Positions 1 to 4,510 of a stretch of DNA of 12,196 bases are shown here, piece after piece. Both the position numbers and the translations under genes were made by a program. The notes under the pieces were generated by a model. That model searched no databases. It was given only the letters and a program-made list of their open reading frames with translations, and was not told the DNA's origin. The stretch's first letter is position 1. The number at the start of each line of letters is the position of its first letter. The stretch comes from Clostridia bacterium (GTDB taxonomy: Bacteria > Bacillota > Clostridia > UBA1381 > UBA9506): the NCBI GenBank assembly GCA_017416985.1, contig JAFQAG010000175.1:1-12196 (forward strand), in the 5' to 3' direction.

Positions 1-61
1 TGAAATCCAATAGTACACGAATAAAAATGAAGACTTCACGAAAATAGCGGTAACAAGCAGA

Positions 62-85
62 AGGGGGCGGAGGATTCCGCTCCCT
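62..85 (-). terminator. Candidate intrinsic terminator of the leftward operon
   Basis: AGGGGGCGGA (62-71) pairs with TCCGCTCCCT (76-85), giving a 10-bp stem with one G-T pair and a GGAT loop. On the minus strand the stem starts 2 nt after the TGA at 88-90 and is followed by TCTGCTTGTT. Confidence 0.45.
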
Positions 86-87
86 AA

Positions 88-483
88 TCAAAATTTGCTT
101 AAAATATTTTTTGAATCAATGGGGCGTATATCAAATTTTCTCCAATTTTCTTCTTTTGGAATTTGTGAATTAAGGGGAGGGAGAAATTTTCTTATATATT
201 TTCCCTCTTTTTCCCCTATTTCCTCTTCTATGTCAACGTAATTCTGACTTTTGGCGTAATACAGTACATCAAAATTGATACTGTGATTTCTTTTCTAAAT
301 TTCTGCTAGAATCTTATATTTTGATTCACTTTGCATCTTAATACCCACATAGTGCTGAGAAACACGCTTTAGCATATTTGTACTTTTACCTATATACACA
401 ATAGTATTATCTATCTTTATACAGTAAATTCCTGCACGTTCGTACTTAGCATCATACCCTTTGCGTTTAAGATAATTATACAT
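88..483 (-). CDS. GIY-YIG nuclease-domain protein, 131 codons with an in-frame TAG at 295-297; the ORF-track piece 295..483 is only the N-terminal 62 aa
   Basis: The N-terminal part reads GIYCIKIDNTIVYIGKSTNMLKRVSQH, which contains the GIY, YIG and R..H motifs. After the TAG the same frame continues for 68 codons: KRNHSINFDVLYYAKSQNYVDIEEEIGEKEGKYIRKFLPPLNSQIP... This stretch carries the E...I....P.LN motif of the GIY-YIG C-terminal half. The frame ends at TGA 88-90, next to a hairpin. An AGGA lies 4 nt before ATG 483. Confidence 0.7.
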
Positions 484-509
484 ATTTTCCTAATATGTTT
501 TTTTAGGCA

Positions 510-1058
510 TTAGAAAATAAACTCTCCTTTTTCATTCATATATTCATTAATCTGTGCATTTGTTACTTTTGGATTAAAACTTTCGTTATTTATATCATTA
601 TTTTTGGGGTATATATTGTAATCGTTATTATATATTTCTGTATTATATGGCGTGCATTCTTGTATTTCCTGCGGCTTAACTTTAACGTCATTCGTACAAG
701 TATACGCAGCGGACTCTTTTTCAAGTACGGCAGGCGTCGTTTGATTTTGTGGCCTTTCATAAAAAGAAAAATGGTTGCTGCTTGTTTCGACCAAGTAACC
801 TTTATTAAGAAGTATTTTGAATTGGTCGCGGTATGTAGTTCTCGCCATTCCTATTGCCTCTGTAATAGCGGCAGGAGAAAGCGCAAGCTAATATCCGTCT
901 GCATTTGATGCTAAATATAAGTATAATCTGAGAGCGTGTGCTCCTAAGTCCTTGCTTGCGTCCATCCAATTAGCATTTTTTATGCCGAGAAAATCTCCGG
1001 ATGGACGCTCTCTGTGTATCTGAATTGTACGCTGATTTGGTGCTGTATATTGTGGCAT
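510..1058 (-). CDS. Winged-helix/HTH replication-initiator-like protein of phage/plasmid type, 182 codons with an in-frame TAG at 888-890; the ORF-track piece 510..848 is the C-terminal part
   Basis: ATG 1058 is preceded by the SD AAGGGGGA and is coupled to the upstream stop as TAA-T-ATG. Translation gives MPQYTAPNQRTIQIHRERPSGDFLGIKNANWMDASKDLGAHALRLYLYLASNADGY-TAG-LALSPAAITEAIGMARTTYRDQFKILLNKGYLVE... The pattern LYLYLASN..GY.LALSPAAI....GM.R.TY...F..L...GYL is typical of wHTH initiator/DnaD-like N-terminal domains. Confidence 0.6.
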
Positions 1059-1059
1059 A

Positions 1060-1263
1060 TTATTTTCCCCCTTTCAGTTTGAAAATTTCTTTTTCCAAAT
1101 TTTCAATTTCTTTCGATAATTTTTCTGCATCAATTTCCATATTTAAACGTTCTGCAAGTATTTTAATATTTTCTTTTTCCATTTTTTCCTGCTCCTTCTT
1201 TTTTATAATTTCGATATTGTCGCTCTTGGCTTGATTTTTTATAACCTTGCCCAATTTAAGCAC
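1060..1263 (-). CDS. Small lysine/glutamate-rich coiled-coil protein, function unknown
   Basis: This is the 67-aa ORF from the track. The AAGGAG sits directly against the GTG at 1263, so TTG at 1254 (8 nt after the SD) is the more likely start. The stop is translationally coupled to the next gene. Confidence 0.55.
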   Translation of the reverse strand: MLKLGKVIKNQAKSDNIEIIKKKEQEKMEKENIKILAERLNMEIDAEKLSKEIENLEKEIFKLKGGK

Positions 1264-1283
1264 TCCTTTTTCTATTTTTATTA

Positions 1284-1312
1284 TTGAAAGTTTTTTATCA
1301 ACTTTCTATAAT
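1284..1312 (+). promoter_or_regulatory. Candidate sigma-70-type promoter, TTGAAA-17 nt-TATAAT, firing rightward into the non-coding 1320-1725 region
   Basis: TTGAAA is at 1284-1289 and TATAAT at 1307-1312 with an exact 17-nt spacer. A second TATAAT lies at 1313-1318. AT-rich context lowers specificity. Confidence 0.4.
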
Positions 1313-1370
1313 TATAATACAATAATTTTTTTGAAAAATCAAAAAAGGACGGCACGACACGACATTAAGG

Positions 1371-1379
1371 ATTATAGCA
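1371..1379 (-). promoter_or_regulatory. Candidate extended -10 promoter (TGcTATAAT) for the leftward operon
   Basis: The reverse complement of 1371-1379 reads TGCTATAAT. I found no good -35 element. It faces the 1284-1312 promoter, so the two predicted transcripts would overlap at their 5' ends. Confidence 0.3.
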
Positions 1380-1530
1380 TAGCGGGGCAGTATTTAGGGA
1401 AATTAAAAAGAACATTAACTGATTCTGAAAATAGATGACCTTGTTGTGCTTAAAATGAATTTAAGATTTACCGTCATCGTCAGAAAAACAAGTAAAAACA
1501 AACGAAAATAATTGTATTTTATGTAGATGC

Positions 1531-1613
1531 AATGCAAATGCAAAAATATAGACGAAAACAACACAAAATAACCGCAATACAAAGAAAATAATGCGTTTTT
1601 ATGCATTTGCATT
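1531..1613. repeat. 12-bp perfect inverted repeat AATGCAAATGCA / TGCATTTGCATT with clustered TGCA motifs
   Basis: The arms are 1531-1542 and 1602-1613. Left arm context is ATGCA-ATGCA-A-ATGCA. The repeat lies in an A-rich spacer that also carries several GAAAA(T/C)AA repeats (about 1503, 1553 and 1584). Confidence 0.6.
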
Positions 1614-1650
1614 ATTTTGCAATTCTTTTTGATTATTTTCAGCAAAATAC

Positions 1651-1681
1651 TTGACATTATATATATATATAATGGTATGTA
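1651..1681 (+). promoter_or_regulatory. Candidate promoter of the rightward cassette with a (TA)7 tract in the spacer
   Basis: TTGACA is at 1651-1656 and (TA)7 at 1658-1671. One candidate -10 is TATAAT at 1668-1673, giving an 11-nt spacer. The other is TGgTATGTA at 1673-1681, giving a 19-nt spacer. Neither spacing is optimal at the current repeat number. Confidence 0.45.
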
Positions 1682-1725
1682 GGCTTTTTTGCAGACAGCA
1701 GAAAAGACCTACATTTTTTATTTTA
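1679..1725 (+). terminator. Intrinsic-terminator-like hairpin plus T-run between the promoter and the RBS of the 1741 gene
   Basis: GTAGGCTTTTTTGC (1679-1692) pairs with GCAGAAAAGACCTAC (1698-1712), giving a 14-bp stem with one bulged A (1707) and one G-T pair, and a 5-nt loop. It is followed by ATTTTTTATTTTAT. GGAGG at 1728-1732 and ATG at 1741 follow directly. Confidence 0.55.
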
Positions 1726-1740
1726 TAGGAGGTACAAGAA

Positions 1741-1965
1741 ATGAGAATTATTCTTGACACAGACAAAAAAACAATCACAGTTCCTTGGAACTACCAAACA
1801 AAACTTGACGGCATAAATGAAATTATTATGCAAGTCAGCAATGACGAAAAAAAGAAGAAATCTTTCACGGGTTACATTGATGAAATTTGGAAAGATTGTA
1901 TTGAAAACTCTGATAAATGCGTTGTAACTGGTGAAAAACCTTTTCGCAAAAAGGACAACAAATAA
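1741..1965 (+). CDS. 74-aa hypothetical protein
   Basis: GGAGG lies 8 nt upstream of the ATG. The TAA stop is coupled to the next ATG as TAA-T-ATG. I recognise no motif. Confidence 0.7.
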   Translation: MRIILDTDKKTITVPWNYQTKLDGINEIIMQVSNDEKKKKSFTGYIDEIWKDCIENSDKCVVTGEKPFRKKDNK

Positions 1966-1966
1966 T

Positions 1967-2149
1967 ATGGCTAAAAGAGTTACACCTGAAGAAATAGTTG
2001 AAATGCATCGTCTGTATGCTAAATACGGCAATTATGCCGCTGTTGGCAGAGAAATAGGACGGAGCGGCTCAACTGTTGCGAAATACATAAAATTACACGG
2101 CACACCCGACATTGTAAAACATACATTTAAAGAGGTTGTGCGAGCATAG
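1967..2149 (+). CDS. 60-aa helix-turn-helix DNA-binding protein
   Basis: The sequence is MAKRVTPEEIVEMHRLYAKYGNYAAVGREIGRSGSTVAKYIKL..., where AAVGREIGRSGSTVAKYI is a classic HTH. I prefer ATG 1967 to the track's GTG 1931 because 1931 overlaps the preceding gene by 35 nt. The gene ends in TAG (2147-2149). Confidence 0.7.
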   Translation: MAKRVTPEEIVEMHRLYAKYGNYAAVGREIGRSGSTVAKYIKLHGTPDIVKHTFKEVVRA

Positions 2150-2163
2150 AAAGGAAGATTGTT

Positions 2164-3402
2164 ATGGAAGAAAGAAATTTAAAAAAAGACACATTTAAAT
2201 TTAATCCTGCATGGTTGTTTTTTATTGTCCTGATTTTTCAGTTTCTTGCGCTTAGTGCAAGAATTCTTCGTTATTATTATGTTAATGGTATATTAACAGC
2301 AACTCTTCCTGGCAGCCTACTGTTGATAGGTGTAAGCGAACATCTTGGTTGGCTTGGATTTTTAGTAGCAACCTTTGATTCTGCGCTACTAACTCATTCT
2401 TTTTTAGATATATGTGTTACACTGATATATCTTTTAAGTGTAACTGCCATTTCGGTTCTCTGGCTTTTAAAAAAATGCGATGTAAAGCTATTAATATCTA
2501 TATCTGCAGCAAATCTTGCGCAATTAGTTTTTTACATATCACCTCTTTTTTCAGAGGTAAATTTTTTATACACCGCAAAAACCCTTTGTACTACTATTTA
2601 CTCACTGTTTATGATTATTATAGCATTAGTAGGAATCATTAAAAAATATGACAATATAAAACCAAAAATTAAACATTTGTGGTTTTTACCTATTATATTT
2701 AAGTCAATTTCTTTTATTATGTCATTATTAACCTATTGCTGCACGCTGATAGATGCTGGAGCGAGTTTACTGTTCCTAATAATGCAGTTTGACTTTTGGA
2801 TAGCTTTTGCAATTACAATAATTGAGATAATCTCAATTGCATCACTTTCACGTATATTGTTAGACGTTAAACCAAATAGATATTTATTAAAGGAGAAAAA
2901 GAAAATGCAATATTCAACCGACAATAAGTTCTATATAAACCTTACAACACACGTATTATTAACCATCTTTACTTTTGGTATATGGTATCTAATATGGGTT
3001 TATAAAACGACCGAAAAATTTAATTATATTGACGATGATACTATCGTGTATCGCTCACAAATAGCACAACTTTTACTTTGCGGATTTGTGCCTTTTTATC
3101 ATATTTACTGGACTTATCGTACAGCACAATATATTGATATATATGCTAAAAAAGAAAATGCCGAATCTAACATCAGTACTATCTGCTTGATATTAGACAT
3201 ATTCATCCCCATTATTCCACCTATTATTATGCAAGAAAAATTGAATGCTATTGTATGTGGCTCTGCTCCGAAAATAAAAAACAAATCCAGCGACGTTATA
3301 AAATCTGCTGATGAACTCAAAAAGTACAAAGATTTATTTGATAGCGGAGTTATTACTCAAGAAGAATTTGACGCAAAGAAAAAACAAATACTTGATTTAT
3401 AA
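2164..3402 (+). CDS. 412-aa polytopic membrane protein with three parts: N-terminal multi-TM domain of unknown family, DUF4234-like module and C-terminal SHOCT domain
   Basis: About seven hydrophobic segments lie in residues 1-240. THVLLTIFTFGIWYLIWVYKTTEKFNY and FVPFYHIYWTYRTAQYID resemble DUF4234 (T.GIY.L.W.Y). The C-terminus ADELKKYKDLFDSGVITQEEFDAKKKQILDL matches the SHOCT consensus. The RBS AAAGGAAG lies upstream. Confidence 0.85.
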   Translation: MEERNLKKDTFKFNPAWLFFIVLIFQFLALSARILRYYYVNGILTATLPGSLLLIGVSEHLGWLGFLVATFDSALLTHSFLDICVTLIYLLSVTAISVLWLLKKCDVKLLISISAANLAQLVFYISPLFSEVNFLYTAKTLCTTIYSLFMIIIALVGIIKKYDNIKPKIKHLWFLPIIFKSISFIMSLLTYCCTLIDAGASLLFLIMQFDFWIAFAITIIEIISIASLSRILLDVKPNRYLLKEKKKMQYSTDNKFYINLTTHVLLTIFTFGIWYLIWVYKTTEKFNYIDDDTIVYRSQIAQLLLCGFVPFYHIYWTYRTAQYIDIYAKKENAESNISTICLILDIFIPIIPPIIMQEKLNAIVCGSAPKIKNKSSDVIKSADELKKYKDLFDSGVITQEEFDAKKKQILDL

Positions 3403-3408
3403 TTTATA

Positions 3409-3443
3409 CGGAGCGGTATACAAAAACCGCTCCGAATTTCTTT
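3409..3443 (+). terminator. Intrinsic terminator after the membrane-protein gene
   Basis: CGGAGCGGT (3409-3417) pairs with ACCGCTCCG (3426-3434), giving a 9-bp GC-rich stem. It is followed by AATTTCTTTGTGTT. Confidence 0.7.
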
Positions 3444-3560
3444 GTGTTCGTAAAGGTACACCTTTATAAACACATAAAAAGCACGTGCTTTCTTTGTTTG
3501 TAAAAGTTTTAGATAAATTTGCGAATATATTCGTAAAATACTTGACATTTACGAATACTT
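3444..3560. promoter_or_regulatory. Cluster of repeated TTCGTAAA / CGAATA motifs upstream of the recombinase gene; candidate res-like or operator sites
   Basis: TTCGTAAA occurs at 3447-3454 and 3530-3537, and its inverse TTTACGAA at 3548-3555, so the last two flank the -35 box. A perfect 12-bp palindrome CGAATATATTCG lies at 3522-3533. ACGAATAC is at 3551-3558. A hairpin GTGTT..AAAGG-TACA-CCTTT..AACAC spans 3444-3473. Confidence 0.35.
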
Positions 3561-3570
3561 TTGGTATAAT
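3542..3570 (+). promoter_or_regulatory. Consensus promoter of the recombinase gene
   Basis: TTGACA (3542-3547), a 17-nt spacer and TATAAT (3565-3570), with a TGg extension at 3562-3564. The RBS AAAGGAGG is at 3586-3593 and the ATG at 3603. Confidence 0.6.
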
Positions 3571-3602
3571 ATAAACATAATCACAAAGGAGGTTTACAAA
3601 CA

Positions 3603-4205
3603 ATGGAAACACGCACATACTATTATGCAAGGGTGTCAAGCAAGGAACAAAACCTTGACCGACAGATTGAAGCCTTTAAGGCTCTTGGAGCAGACGAGCG
3701 GGACATTATCACCGACAAGGAAAGCGGCAAGGACTTGAACAGAACAGGCTACACCGCATTAAAAAATGCAATGCTCCGCAAGGGTGATACGCTTGTTATT
3801 AAATCACTCGACCGTCTTTCAAGAAACAAAACGGACATCAAAAACGAATTGCAATTTTTTAAGTATAGCGGCATACGTTTGAAAGTCATTGACTTGCCTA
3901 CAACAATGATGGACTTGCCGCAAGGTCAAGAATGGGTTTTTGAAATGGTAAACAACATTTTAATTGAGGTACTCGGCACGATTGCAGAACAAGAAAGAAA
4001 AACAATCAAAGCAAGACAGGCGGAGGGCATCGAGGCGGCAAAGAAAAATGGCAAGAAATTAGGACGTCCCGCACTCGCTTATCCTGACAATTGGAAAACT
4101 GTTTATTCGGATTGGAAAGAAGGAAAAATTACTGCAAAGGTAGCAATGGAATTGACCGATACAAAAAGAACGAGTTTTTATAAATTAGTAAATGGTATGA
4201 AATAA
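3603..4205 (+). CDS. Small serine recombinase of the resolvase/invertase family, with an N-terminal catalytic domain and a C-terminal HTH
   Basis: The motifs are YYYARVSSKEQNLDRQ (catalytic serine), SLDRLSRN, and GTIAEQERKTIKARQAEGIEAAKKNGKKLGRP (E-helix and linker). The C-terminal ITAKVAMELTDTKRTSFYKLV forms the HTH. Confidence 0.95.
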   Translation: METRTYYYARVSSKEQNLDRQIEAFKALGADERDIITDKESGKDLNRTGYTALKNAMLRKGDTLVIKSLDRLSRNKTDIKNELQFFKYSGIRLKVIDLPTTMMDLPQGQEWVFEMVNNILIEVLGTIAEQERKTIKARQAEGIEAAKKNGKKLGRPALAYPDNWKTVYSDWKEGKITAKVAMELTDTKRTSFYKLVNGMK

Positions 4206-4250
4206 AGCAATTAAATTCAAGTGCGTTGTTTTCGTGTGATTAAGATACAA

Positions 4251-4270
4251 AGTGCCGATTTCTCGGCACT
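4251..4270. other. Perfect 8-bp hairpin AGTGCCGA-TTTC-TCGGCACT, 3 nt from the tRNA fragment
   Basis: The hairpin is seen directly in the sequence. No U-run follows on the plus strand. It could be the end of the recombinase transcript or part of the attachment-site architecture. Confidence 0.5.
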
Positions 4271-4272
4271 CA

Positions 4273-4317
4273 ATGGGGTTCAAGAGGCCGCTGGTTCGAC
4301 TCCAGTCACTCAGACCA
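4273..4317 (+). tRNA. Truncated tRNA-Pro(GGG), covering only the anticodon loop to the 3' CCA; attR-type remnant, not a functional gene
   Basis: Counting back from CCA (4315-4317): A73, acceptor 3' strand CACTCAG (G72), T-arm GCTGG-TTCGACT-CCAGT, variable loop AGGCC, anticodon-stem 3' strand TCAAG, and loop ATGGGGT (U33, GGG, G37). C1:G72 plus A73 and G37 are hallmarks of bacterial tRNA-Pro. The required 5' partners CTTGA and CTGAGTG and a D-arm are absent upstream. Confidence 0.6.
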
Positions 4318-4320
4318 CGT

Positions 4321-4352
4321 CGGAACAAGTTTTGCTTGTTCCGATTTTTTTT
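4321..4352 (+). terminator. Strong intrinsic terminator immediately after the tRNA 3' end
   Basis: CGGAACAAG (4321-4329) pairs with CTTGTTCCG (4335-4343), giving a 9-bp stem. It is followed by A and then T8 (4345-4352). Confidence 0.85.
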
Positions 4353-4416
4353 ATGCAAAAACATCTGATTATCATAATTTGTACGTACAAAGAAAAGCAA
4401 AAATACCAAACCGTTA

Positions 4417-4445
4417 TTGACAAAAAAGTGTTTTCGTGATACGCT
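4417..4445 (+). promoter_or_regulatory. Candidate promoter of the ATP-grasp gene
   Basis: TTGACA (4417-4422), a 17-nt spacer and TACGCT (4440-4445), with a TGa extension at 4437-4439. Confidence 0.4.
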
Positions 4446-4510
4446 TACATAAAAATATATAAGGTTGTTAAATGTTAAAGCAAATTCGATAAATTTAGGG
4501 AGGGGTTTGA

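Larger units (their letters stand above)
1..4272. mobile_element. Right-hand portion of an integrated phage/plasmid-like element; the left end lies outside the window
   Basis: The block holds mobile-type genes: GIY-YIG nuclease, wHTH initiator-like protein, small HTH protein and serine recombinase. It is visibly more AT-rich than the housekeeping genes to the right. It stops exactly where a truncated tRNA-Pro 3' part with its native terminator begins. Confidence 0.6.

Noticed and set aside
116-124. The 9-mer TCAATGGGG is shared between 116-124 and 4270-4278, at the edge of the tRNA fragment, and might be an att core marking the left end of the element
   Set aside because: The left copy lies inside the extended GIY-YIG reading frame, and no tRNA-like sequence sits beside it. 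A single 9-mer found after the fact is not convincing. The left end is more likely outside the window.
660-1657. ORFs 660..908(+), 1001..1234(+), 1247..1438(+) and 1415..1657(-)
   Set aside because: The first two are antisense to the initiator-like and coiled-coil genes. The last two cross the promoter- and repeat-rich spacer, lack an RBS and have low-complexity Phe/Ile/Leu/Ser-rich translations.
1931-1966. The GTG 1931 start for the HTH protein given in the ORF track
   Set aside because: It would overlap the preceding gene by 35 nt. ATG 1967 is coupled to the upstream TAA and gives a compact 60-aa HTH protein.
4229-4317. A complete tRNA, possibly an amber suppressor, or a tRNA-Sec or tmRNA 3' domain next to the recombinase
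   Set aside because: No 5' acceptor strand (CTGAGTG), no D-arm and no 5' anticodon-stem strand can be found upstream. No CTA anticodon is present anywhere in 4206-4320. The 8-bp/4-nt-loop hairpin cannot be an anticodon arm. A tmRNA would end in TCCACCA (G3:U70), not CAGACCA. Only a 3' fragment is supported.
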